This document shows, one piece after another, positions 52,056 through 64,000 of a DNA stretch of 64,000 bases (position 1 is the first letter of the stretch; the number at the start of each line of letters is the position of its first letter). The position numbers and the translations under genes are program-made. Source of the DNA: Chrysomallon squamiferum (taxonomy: Eukaryota > Animalia > Mollusca); the NCBI GenBank assembly GCA_012295275.1, contig CM022665.1:29884001-29948000 (forward strand), written 5' to 3'. The notes under the pieces are model-generated. The model had not been told where the DNA came from. It saw only the letters and a list, made by a program, of their open reading frames with translations, and ran no database searches.

Positions 52056-52158
52056 TTTCGTTCTGTAAAAAACGTAACGTAATGGCGATTTCGTTCTGTA
52101 AAAAACGTAACGTAATGGCGATTTCTTTCTGTAAAAACGTAACGTAATGGCGATTTCG
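52056..52158. repeat. 33-bp tandem repeat, 3 copies
   Basis: Unit TTTCGTTCTGTAAAAAACGTAACGTAATGGCGA starts at 52056, 52089 and 52122. The third copy is 32 bp with one substitution. There are no spacers. Confidence 0.93.
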
Positions 52159-53577
52159 CTAAGCACGTGCTACTTTCAAACGCGGGGCTTCTTTTCGCAA
52201 AAGAAGACACATCGTAGTGTCGTACGTTGTTTGAAAGGTAGCTGAATGATCTTTCACTTGATCCCGTGAACATAGGTTTTATTTTCAGCCAGTTTATTTT
52301 GTTCAAAATAGGTTTGAAGGCATGAAAAAGTACATTTTTGGACACAACTTTTGATATAAGCCATTGCCAGCGACGACATGCACACTGTTAGAAAGATTAA
52401 ACTTTGACCATCTAGCTGTGCTAAAAATAACATTGAAGCCATTTTGGCGAAAACAAGCCAGGCGTTTGTAGAGCGACCCTGTTTTAGGACTTTTTACTCC
52501 ACGCTGTTAATTGCTGACCACATGCGCCGAAGTACGTTTACCCCCACCGCGTTTAACACTCTCGTACATAGAACTGATTTAACATACAACAAGAACAACA
52601 ACACCATTTAAAAGAGCACATAAAGATCTTTAGTTACATGTATTTGTTTTTATGGTAGGATTTATAGAAGGGATTTGGGAGTGGAGGAAAATGTACAAAA
52701 TCGGAACTTTTAACAGCTTCGACCAATTATATCGGCTACGTTGCCTGTACCTACATATAGTTTATAATGGGCAAATAACTCTATTCCCAATACTCAAAAA
52801 AACGAAGCGGAAAAATAGTCAGACTTCTGGCAGTGAAAAAGGAATGAAACTAAAGGATTTAGTATCACCGATAACCATTTGTAAATTTAACAAAGCACTG
52901 TCCATAATTATAAAATGTCTTACATAGTGATGATAGTCATGATATATTTGAATTTTAAAACAATTTTAAAGATTAGATACACTGAAGCTGAATTCTCGGT
53001 ATTTATTTATTTGTTTTGTTTTAATGATTTACATTCAAAAATATATTGTAATATTATGATTAAAATAGTATGGCTTCATAACAGAATAATTAGCGAGAGA
53101 TATAAATCAGTGGTAAACTGCTTGCAAAATTTTAATAATACATTATGATAATGATTATCAGTAGTGATCTAAGCAATTTCCCGATCAGTCGGTAATCCTG
53201 TAATATGTGTTGTCCTGACTGTGGGATTGGAATAAGTTTATAGTATACAGGCAGTAATTATAATTTTATAAACAAATAATAAGGTACCCAGTTTCATAAA
53301 AAAAAAAATGCTAGGTTAACTTGTACCTGACTAATATACAATAATGGTAACATTTAAAAGTTCTCTCCATTCTTTAATTTTAAAATATTGAGAAAATTAT
53401 GCTTTTTACAAAACAATGAAAATAAAAATTATTTGAAAAAAAAAATGTAAACTTGTTATTTTGAAAGTCATATAAAATATGTGTGTATTCTGATCCATAG
53501 TATGTTTCAGTTTTTCAGAAACACTAACTGAAAGTTTGACTGAGATATTGAACTTTGGTTCATTAGTGCAGAACAAA

Positions 53578-56500
53578 ATGGCACCTACAGAGAAAACATC
53601 AGATATTAATCCAGCATGGAAGATTTCAGATGTGTTAAGTGAATATTTTGACATTCCCTTAGAAGTCAGTTTCAACATAGTGAACCTACTGGATGAAGGG
53701 GCAACTATTCCTTTTATTGCCCGTTATCGTAAAGAGAAGACTGGGAACATGGAACCTGAGAAATTGAGAGAAGTATCCAGTCTTGTGGAAGAATTAAAGT
53801 AAGGGGAAAAAATCCCCGAATTTAAATTCAAACAAATCTCCAGCTAAAATTCAAAAACAAAATAACTAACTTCAATTCAAATAAAAATCACCAATGTAAA
53901 AATAAATCCACAACTTAAATCTTAAAAACAAAATCTCTGTCATAAATTCTAAAAACAATCAATCTTCAGCTTTAATACTGAAAACAAAATTAAAGTTATA
54001 TGTAACTAATTTTTAGTCTCGTTCTTGTTTATTATAGGTAGAAATGATAAGTTACGAATGCCATTGAATTTTAAAATCTTTATTATCTTACTGGTATTCT
54101 TTAGACAGAAAGGTTCAATAAATTCTTTTAAAATCTTAAATTGGTCAAACTTTTTTTCTTATTATTTTTTTTCACTGGGATGAAAGTACATAGTTATTAC
54201 AAGATTATAGATTTAATAATGCCAGAAATGTAATTTTCCTGTGGATCTGTAAGCTTTACCATTGAGATCACAATGAAGAATAAAATGTAAGACTGATGAC
54301 ACTTTAAATATAGATTTTTCTGATATTTTGATTGATAAATTCTTCAACTGAATAAGGACTGTGAAGTATAATTCAACAAGAAATTTTATTGTAAATTATT
54401 TTTTAAATCATTGAAACATTTTTTTATACCTATAATCATAAATGCAGTATTATATATATATATATATATGGGTCATTCCATGTCAAATCACCCCCCAAAA
54501 AAAGAAATTTAAACCCGACCATCTCAGATTTTTATAAAACTTGGTATACTTGTTGACTGGGATCTCACAGCACCAAATCTGAAATTTTAGCTCAATCAGA
54601 CCAGTGGTGTGGGAGATACGGCCCACCGAATTTTGAGATTTTTGCCAAAAATGGGTGTGACCACCAACCTTAGAACCCTCATATCTCAGGAACTACTGGG
54701 CCAATCTTCATAAAATTGGTATTGTTAGAAAGGCAAAATGACAAGGATACCAAATCTGCCATTTTTGTTTAGTTTGGAAAATATTGGAGTATCTTGACCT
54801 TTTGACCTTTGCTATGACCTTGAAATTGACAGTGTGGATCATGTGATCTTGAGATGACCTTTATTGAAATTTAATCTCCCACATGTTAACTAAAACATAT
54901 AAAAGGCCTAAATGTCTTACTCAATGATCAAGAGAGATGGTGATCCCTAGCATCCAGAATTGATCATTCAGGTTTTAGTTAATCAGATGTTAATGGCTGA
55001 AAAGGTGTTATTTTCATGTATGTGCATTTTTTAAATCTATATTGTGGCTAAACAAAAAATATTACACCCAGGAAATTTTTATATGTTTTAGTTAACATGT
55101 GGGAGATTAAATTTCAATAAAGGTCATCTCAAGATCACGTGATCCACACGGTCAATTTCAAGGTCAAAAGGTCAAGGTACTCCAATATTTTCCAAACTAA
55201 ACAAAAATGGCAGATTTGGTATCCTTGTCATTTTGCCTTTCTAACAATACCAATTTTATGAAGATTGGCCCAGTAGTTCCTGAGATATGAGGGTTCTAAG
55301 GTTGGTGGTCACACCCATTTTTGGCAAAAATCTCAAAATTCGGTGGGCCGTATCTCCCACACCACTGGTCTGATTGAGCTAAAATTTCAGATTTGGTGCT
55401 GTGGGATCCCAGTCAACAAGTATACCAAGTTTCATAAAAATCTGAGACGGTTGGGTTTAAACCATTGGGTGATTTGACACGGAATGACCCATATATATAT
55501 GTATGTGTGTATATATATATATTTTTATTTTTTTATTTTCATTTTGATTTTTACTGAAAGAATATAAAGTAAATTTGTAAACAAATGTGAAGTGGTTAAT
55601 GAATTTCAGAATCGTGGAATCTAAAATTGCTTCAGTCGCTTCTGTAATCAAGAGCCAAGGAAAAATGTCAGAATCTTTAAAATCATCTTTAAAGCATGCT
55701 AGAACCCTGCATGAAGTTGAATTACTGGTATGTTTTATATACATAAATTTTTGTCTTTTACAAGTTAATGATGTCTCATTGTTATTAATAGGATGTATTT
55801 TCATATATGCCTTTGTTGTTGTTTTTATATCAGAAGTAATATGATTCTGGACTACGAGCTATTTCTTAATTATAGAAGCGTAAAAAAGAAATTAAAAGAG
55901 AATAATATTTATATTTATTCCTAAATAATTAAATCTATTATAATTTATTTTTGTATAGAAACCTACATTAGAGTTTAAGATTACATTTGCTAGTGTGTTT
56001 ATTTTGGGGTTTGTTGATGGGGATTAATTAATCTATGGTAAATGTATATCTAACATACAACATTTATATAATGTGTTATATTTGTATTTACTTATTTATT
56101 TTCTTTATTTATTTTTATTTTTTTATCAGTATGCACCATTTAAGCCAGGTCACAAGGGCAGTTTGGCTGAACGAGCTAGGAAGTTAGGACTTGAAACTCC
56201 AGCCATGAAAATACTGGAAGGAAAACGAGTTAATCTTGAATATTTCATCAAATCAGAAGAAAAAGGTTATATATAGTATTGTAGTATGTAGGGGGAAGGT
56301 GTTACATACAGACAGAAAACATTTGTAGGAATTCAAATTTGAAGTAGTTATTAAATTGTATTAAATCTTCAACAAAATCTTGAATGAATTATGTTCACAA
56401 AAATATAATAGTTTTAGCATAAAAACAAGAAAAATTGATATGACTAATTTTTTTTTTTTTTATCAAAACTTGAATTGTCTGTTATTGCTTGATTGTGTTG

Positions 56501-59500
56501 ACTTTAAAAAAATATAGTTTGAGGAAAACAAACGTAAATGTTTCAGGCCTTGCTAATGAAGCTGCTGTGGAACTTGGTCTTCAGCACATTATAGCTGATT
56601 TCATTTCCAAAGATAAGGATATAATGGATGAAGTTAGAAGATTGTGAGTTAATACTTTAATATCGAGGAAAAGAATATTAACAGAAAATCAATAAAAAAC
56701 AACAATACACACACACACACAATTTATTATTTTTTAATTTTGCAATGTAAGTGTAATCTTTTCTTCACTAATGCTATTTTCATTCTGTTCCTGGTGTAGC
56801 GTGACAGTTATATTTGTTCAGAGGTGACTTTACTAGCATTTGTAATGATAAAAAAAACACTTAAATAATAAATACAAAAATATATATGTGAGTGTGTGTG
56901 TATAAAATATTGAGCAAAACATTTATGCCAAACAATATATTTGTTTTAATTTATTCAAGTACAAATATATTCATGTTACCATCATAGTTTATCTTTTATA
57001 AATATATGTAAATGAACTTGAATTTTATTTTATTTTGACAGATGTACCAACTCAAATGTGATCATTGAAACTAGTCAGTCAAAAGCAAAAACTAAAACAA
57101 ATTCTGACAAAGAAAATAAGAAAAATATCAAAGACAGTCTTAAACCCAAAGATCAGTCTTATAAATTTGAGCAGTATTTTGATTTTAGGATTCCAGTGAA
57201 AAACATCCAGTCTCATCAGGTAAAAAAAAAAATTAAAAAAAATGCAGTTTATGCTTTGTATATTATTGTTTTTTAAGTTTCTTTGACCCATAATAACCAG
57301 CTGTTTTTATGTTCATCAATCATTAAATGTTTCATTTATTTGAATGAGAAATGTATTACTGAATTAATTTGATAAATTAATTTAGATGATTTACAATATA
57401 TTTTGTTATCATTTCGTTATGTGACTGTATATGATGCACCAAAACTAACCTGTCAAAAATGTTTTCCTTAAACTTGTAAAACTTTTAAATTAAATATTTT
57501 AAAATACAGAAATATTAAAATCCTTAGTGACATAATTGTATGTATGTGTGTGCGTGTGAGTGAGAGTGACAGAGAGAGAGAGAGTAGATTTGTGTGCCTG
57601 TTGTTTACATTAAGATTAAAACAATTTTAAAATGTCAGATAAAAATCAAATCATCTTTCTAAATGCTGTGATAATACCTTTTCAGGTTCTTGCTATCAAC
57701 AGAGGTGAAGACAAAAAAATATTGGTCGCTAAAGTTGTAATCCCAGACCTTGTGAAGAACAGATTGACATCATTTGCCCACAAAAAGTGGATTCATCATT
57801 ACACATCTGACCAACCCCGTCTTTTGATTCAGAAGAGTATCAGTGACGCATATGACAGATTAATTCATCCTCAGATGTCAAGACATATAAGGTAATAAAA
57901 ATGTTTCTTATATACTTTTTGAATGTCCAATTCAGTTAATAATTTATTCATATACTTGATGTTTTGTATTTGACAATAAGTTAATTATTTTATTACGTTC
58001 TTTACTTGTGTATGTATGCAGATTTTTAAAGATTCATTTAACTAGAGGTTAATTTTGTTAACTTTTATCATTATTTACATTTGATACTTGTCACTAATGC
58101 TTTTCACATGCAAAATGTTTCCTTATAAAACATATAAAAATTAATATTACAGTAATCAGTTAAAAACAAAATATGTCAAAATCAGTAATAACATTTTAAA
58201 TAAATAACATAATTTATTTCACCTTTCAGTGAATGTTGGTATTGTGCTATAACTAAAAACTGGTTCATTTTCAACTCTTTGTCATAATATTTAATTTTTT
58301 AAATTGTTTTCTTTCTTAGAAAATGTTGAATTTTTTGTTAAAATACTTTTAGATTATATTTTTTTAATTTTCAGATCTGAACTTACAAAAAAAGCAGAGA
58401 AAGATTCTATAGCAGTATTTTCTTCCAATCTTAATCGTCTTCTGCTGACTCCTCCAGTCAGAGGTAAAACTGTTCTTGGTGTGGATCCTGGTTTCTCTCA
58501 TGGGTGCAAATGTGCTGTCATCTCTGTTACAGGTAGTCAAATTAATCTTTATTTAACAGAATCTTTAATAGAACCTTTTATTCTATAGGAGTTGCATCAC
58601 ATTATTACATTAAAGAATAATTTGGACCGTATGAACAGTTTTATGTATTTTGTTACAGTATCAACTTATTTATTTGATAAATCTGTGCTAATAAAATTAA
58701 CTAACACCTATGTTAGTGGCAGACATTTTTTTCTTATTTCATGATGTCATTTCATAAACATAAATAAAAACATATATTCATGATAGACAATGATATATAT
58801 AGACACACACAAACATACATTATTTATGTTATTCCATAACTATATTTTATTTTGTTTATCAGGTCAGATATTGGATACATTTATTATTCATCTTAATTAC
58901 AAGTTACAGAACAAATTTGAAGACCAAGGGAAAATTATTGATGCAGTAAATAAATTCAGGTAATTGAGGCTGCCAAATGTTATTTTTGTGAATTTGAGAT
59001 GCTGTACCCACATAAGCCATACTTGAACAGCCCACTGCTGAAAGTATTCATCTTCACACTATAGGCTAACATGTTTATACTTAAAACATTCAAGAACAAA
59101 ACAGACTTTATAAAACAAAAAACTAAATAAGTGATACAGTGGAACCTTGGGTTACAAGCATAATTCATTCCAGAACTCAGTTCGTAAACCAAAGCAATGT
59201 CAGACACATAAACGCCACTCTCATGTTTTGCAGTTATTTCTTTCTTAACCTCTGCTGTGATACGTTTATACTTTCCACCAGCATTATCACTTTCACTGTT
59301 TGTTTTCTTGGGCATCATATTGGATAGGGTATAATAAAAAATGTACACATAAAAGCAGCAATACTTTAAAAAATGCAAATCTCAGTGCAAAAGCTATAGG
59401 GCATGTCTATAATCCTTACTTTGAACTTGGTTTTGATGTAAGCATCTATTATTATCTTTACTAGATGTTGATGTCAAAACAGGTCAAAAGAAAGCATGTC

Positions 59501-62500
59501 ATGGATTCATTGCTGTAGTTAGTAACTCAGGACATTATTCGTAAACTGAGACAAAAATTGCCTAAGATAACAGTTTGTAATCCAATTTGTTCATGCTTCA
59601 AGGCATTCGTAACCTGAGGTTCCACTGTAATTAATTATTTTATACAGTGGCATGTTTCTGATTTCTTATATGATGATATTGGATTGAAATGTAACCTACA
59701 TTCATTTTAAATAATTTTATAATTATTTTTTTTATGATGTAAACATCAGATATAATATTAAAATGTTCTGTTTTAAATATTTGCCTATTCAGTAAACCGA
59801 AGTGTAATTTCTAAATAAATTTCTTTAAAAACAAACTGGATTTCAGATGTGAGATAATTGCTATTGGTAATGGTGTTGCCTGCAGAGAAACTGAGAAAGC
59901 AGTTGGGGATCTTATTCAGCAGAAACAGTTTGATGTCCATGGTGTAGCTTACTGGCAAGTGCTTTTAAATTAACTTTTATTATTTATTGTCCACATAATC
60001 ATATTTGTCAAACATTACAGTCTTAATATAACATTTGCAAAAACCAAACAAGGAAGAAAATAAATACACAGATATATATATGAACACACATAAACAAAAT
60101 AATTAAAATCCTTTAATTACAGAAGATATGAAAATTTAAGTGTATTAAAAACTTTTCAGTAAAAGTAATTTCAAATAGACACATTTCTTTTATTTTTTAT
60201 ATTTTTTTATTATAAAGTAGCAGTTTCCTTACATTGGTATAAATAACAAAATAAACTTCGGCATATTTTAGTTATGACTTTACTTCATTTATAATAAAAC
60301 TTTAAAAGACACTGATGCTTGTTCAGAATAACAAATACTGTATGTTTGTAAATTCATTTTATTATTTATATATTAATCGACGTTTTTATTTTATTTTATT
60401 TTTTTATTATTATCTATATTTAGCATAGTAGATGAGAGTGGAGCCTCAGTCTATAGTGTATCCAATGAAGCAAAGAAAGAGATGCCACAGTTAGATCCTT
60501 CTCTCAGGGGTGCAGGTTGATCTTAGATTTTTAAATACTTCATAATTCTTTTTTTTTAATTGTCAGCAACTGTAACGCATTGAAATAAAATCTTGTTCCT
60601 ACTCTTGTAAAAATTTTTAATTTTATGTACTTTTTTTAAAGTGAGCAACAAAGGGCAATTTGTTTGCAAGAATATCATAAAATAATTTTAAAGACCATAA
60701 AATTAATTTAGCATCAAAGATGCAAATTGATACTGATGTCCTTGTAAGTGGAGTTTTTTAGGTTCTTTTTTAAGTTTTTTTTTATCTTTGCTCAAGCCTT
60801 TTGTCATGTGAAATCAACAGTTAAAAATGAACTGCATTGTTATGCAAAATACTTTCACTTACAGTATAAGGAATTAAAATGAATTAACCTAATTTTATAG
60901 TTGGGGACAGATTGATAATAGAACATTTCCATCATAACTGTTGAAAATTCATGGTTTAATACAATTTGATAAATTATTTTGATTACTTGCTGTCTTTATT
61001 TTTGTTTAGTTTCTATAGCTAGAAGACTCCAGGATCCATTGTCTGAATTTGTGAAAGTAGAAGCAAAACATCTTGGTGTTGGAATGTATCAGGTTAAATT
61101 ATATAAAAATAATATTCTTATTTCTAATATAAATTTTAACATTGTGTTAATGGATTTTTCTTTTGTACTTTGTTATATGGAATGCTTACATTGTCAGATG
61201 CAGTAATAGTTCGATTCATTTCACTGATTATTTCATTAATCTCTTTTCACACAGTATAATTACTAAATTTATTTGGTAAGATTGAAATTGTAATTTATGT
61301 ATTTATTATAAATAATAAGATAGAACTTTATACAAAATATTGAAGACGAAGTAAAACTTTTAAACACAGGATAGCAATCTGTCTGCCTTTACAGTAAGTA
61401 TATTTTTGTTTCAGTATTTCTGAAATCACTGTGTAACTGTTATTGACAATATTTAAAGCACCTCCCAATAAAAAAATCCACAATCATTAAATGCCTAGTA
61501 TCAATTTTTAATTATTTTTATCTTTCCATTATCTACATTTTTCTTAGTTTCTGATTTCAGCATGATATTTCTGAAAGTCGTTTGAAGTCATCACTGGATG
61601 CTGTTGTTGAGGAATGTGTCAGTTTTGTAGGAGTTGACATAAACACAGGCAGTGAATGTCTTCTCAGGTGTGTTGTTTAATGGCAGTGTATACACCTGAT
61701 CGGGTACAAAATCTTTACTGATAATAAAGTTTGATAATAAAATAATGTTGTCATAGGAATGTATAAAAGCAGACATTTTCACTTTTATTCATCTTTAATT
61801 TTGTAGATAAATATCATTATAATCATACACTCTGTATGTAAAAAAACATTTAAACTTGTATTAAGTTTTTTAGTTTGTCAGGAAGTTCAGTATTTAATGA
61901 TTTAACATTAGAGATTTAACTGCTTCTTAATAAAGGAAAAATTAACATAAGATGAATATAAGTTTATGTTTAATAACAGAAAAAACTGAATGATTCTATG
62001 TATGTGGTTGATTTTCCAGGCGAATTGCTGGTTTGAATTCAGCAAAAGCCAAGAAGATCATAGAGTTTCGTGACAAGAATGGTGTCTTCACAAACAGACA
62101 GCAACTGCTGAATGTGAAAGGAATGGGTCAGAAAGGTTTTGAACAGTGTGCAGGCTTTATTCGAGTACTTCATGATTTCACCAATCCAGAAATAAGGTAC
62201 TCACAGATTAAGCCCTATCACGTAAAATGTTTTTACATCTAATGAAGATCAAAGTACATTGATCTGGTTTTTAAAGAAGTGTAAATTCTGAAAATATTTA
62301 ATCATTTTAAATGTATTTATGTCTAATGACAATTCAAGAAAACTACATCTGAATTTTCACATGCTGTGGTTAATTGAAACAGTTAAAATGATAATCCAAC
62401 ATCTGCTTTAAACCCATTTATAACAATGACAGTTAACATTTCAAAAGATACAACTGTAACAAAAAAAGTTTTGTACTCTTGTTTTTTTTCCCTTATTTTC

Positions 62501-63600
62501 AGACAGAAGTTAGAAAGCAGTGTAAATTATGAATGTGATACAGAGGTTTCTGAGAGTGCAACTCGAGGAAGGAAAAGAAAAACTGCCACAACACAAAAAA
62601 CTGCCAAAAAACCCAAACTCGATGAGAAACAAATTCCTAACCCATTAGACATGACTGCCATACATCCAGAGTCTTATCACATTGCCACAAGGCACGTCTG
62701 TAGATTTATTTTATAAAAAGGTTGTAAAGAGATGATTTTATGTTATTGTTTTGGCTTTTTACTTTTAGAAAGGTAGGTTTTATAGTTCATCATCAAAAGG
62801 TTTAATAGGTGTGTCCTTTCATTTCTTTGTTGCTTGAAATAACCTCTATCTTTTTCATTACCTATTTGAATATCTCATTCCTTTTTTAATTATTTCTTAT
62901 TTTTACTACACTAAATTCTACAATAAATTCTTCTTAAGTGTATGTTGGTGTTTAGATTGTTTCATTTATATCAGCAATGAAACATTGCTATCAGGAAAAT
63001 ACAAAATATAATAGTTAATTTAATTGCAGTACGATTGTATATTCCAGTTATATGTATATGAATTTTTCCACTTTTGACTTCATTTATGGGTTTTTCACAA
63101 GTATCAAATTATGATCATATTAATTTTATTTGTCTGTTTTGCTCAGATTCATGCAAGAATTGGAACTATCAGCTTTAGATATAGGTCAGACTGAGTTCAT
63201 TAAAAAAGTGAAAACAGAGGTGCAACTAAAAGGTGAGATAGCTTGCAGCTATTAACATAAATTCATACATGCCTTAATATCTTTTTATATAATAGAAATG
63301 AAGAACTGTTCTTTGGTGTGTGTGTGTTGTTGTTGTTTTTTTGTTGTTTTTTTCCAGTTAATGAATATGTTTATGAAGAACCCAAATCTTTAATGTTAAA
63401 ATTTAAGTTCCTGAATATTTATTTTAAGAATATTTCCTTTAATATTCTTAAATTATTCCAATTGTGACCAGTGAAGAAAATATTTAACCTTCATTTTGCA
63501 GGTGTGAAAAAAATAGCACAGCAATTTGAAACAGGAGAACCAACTATGAAACTTATTGCTGATGCACTTTCAAAAGCTATCTCTTACGACATTCGTGATG
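53578..63600 (+). CDS. SRBD1: S1 RNA-binding domain-containing protein 1 (Tex/YqgF-HhH family), 3'-partial, 16 exons visible
   Basis: Exons 53578-53798, 55610-55727, 56130-56265, 56547-56643, 57042-57219, 57686-57891, 58375-58532, 58863-58959, 59847-59954, 60424-60515, 61010-61092, 61561-61667, 62020-62196, 62503-62691, 63147-63232, 63502-63600. Tex motifs: [93 protein letters not shown]. The S1 domain lies beyond the window. The frame is open upstream to an acceptor at 53518, so the true start may be earlier. Confidence 0.96.
53808..53985. repeat. Degenerate ~25-28 bp minisatellite at the start of SRBD1 intron 1
   Basis: About 7 diverged units of the form AAAATCTCCAGCTTAAATTCAAAAAC. The stretch is A/C-rich and G-poor on the + strand. 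Confidence 0.6.
54470..55490. mobile_element. Foldback-type non-autonomous DNA transposon (~1,021 bp) with ~415-435 bp inverted arms
   Basis: The left arm 54470-54904 (GGGTCATTCCATGTCAAATCACCC...) is the near-exact reverse complement of the right arm 55077-55490 (...GGGTGATTTGACACGGAATGACCC). The spacer is 172 bp. The element sits in a (TA)n tract (ATAT on both sides) and has no transposase ORF. Confidence 0.93.
59137..59627 (-). mobile_element. Tigger/pogo (Tc1-mariner superfamily) internally deleted element, 491 bp
   Basis: TIRs CAGTGGAACCTTGGGTTAC and GTAACCTGAGGTTCCACTG, flanked by a TA duplication. The minus strand keeps a transposase N-terminus MMPKK...[28 protein letters not shown] (CENP-B/psq-type HTH start), then breaks off. 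Confidence 0.92.
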
Positions 63601-64000
63601 GTAAATTTTATTAACATACAAAAATAATTATGTCTTCCATAAGTAGTAAGCTGTACTTATAAATAAAACAGATAGACAGAATTTCTTGTTCAGAAAACCA
63701 ATTTGTTTCAAATGTAATATTTGTAAAACTTTTTTGCAAGTAACTTAAAATGCTGATCACAAATTTTGGATGTTCTCTTGGAAAAAAATAGGACATTAAC
63801 ATGGAACTTTATTAAACATAGAGATTATAAAATAAATGTTCAGTGAACACTTAAACTGGTGATCTAGATTATAGGGTTTTAATCTTAAGATGTAATTTGA
63901 TATAAAACAACACAGTTGTATTTTAGAAAAATAATAAATAAATCTACTGATACTCTTAACACAGTGTTTAACTTGAACTGTAACTTATTTATTTATGTGA

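Noticed and set aside
52056-52158. 33-bp repeats of CRISPR-like length
   Set aside because: They are head-to-tail with no spacers, there are no cas genes, and the context is eukaryotic.
53578-63600. Bacterial tex gene by horizontal transfer or contamination
   Set aside because: It has 15 spliceosomal introns, and SRBD1 is an ordinary eukaryotic Tex homolog.

Overview
This is very AT-rich, intron-containing animal genomic DNA. An invertebrate, probably a lophotrochozoan or mollusc, is my inference from composition and gene content only. The prokaryote-style ORF track fragments the genes, so I rebuilt them by hand from splice sites and checked reading-frame phase at every junction. Six protein-coding genes are supported: (1) the 3' part of ATP synthase subunit s/factor B (ATP5S/DMAC2L, +); (2) a complete AHSA1 Hsp90 co-chaperone (+, 9 exons, 350 aa); (3) a two-exon CXorf65/C22orf15-family gene (+, 150 aa); (4) a low-complexity protein whose short motifs match the ATR activator ETAA1 (+, about 704-715 aa); (5) a 15-exon bark beetle/anakonda-type tricellular-junction protein (-, about 3,093 aa) with a 1-nt frameshift in its last exon; (6) most of SRBD1 (+), which needs two GC-AG introns. 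Introns hold a ~1 kb foldback element, a Tigger/pogo deletion derivative and a hAT MITE. Microsatellites, two minisatellites and several candidate intronic snoRNA-like structures are also present. No rRNA, tRNA or CRISPR array was seen. The most notable result is the apparent invertebrate ETAA1. All homology calls rest on remembered motifs, not database searches.
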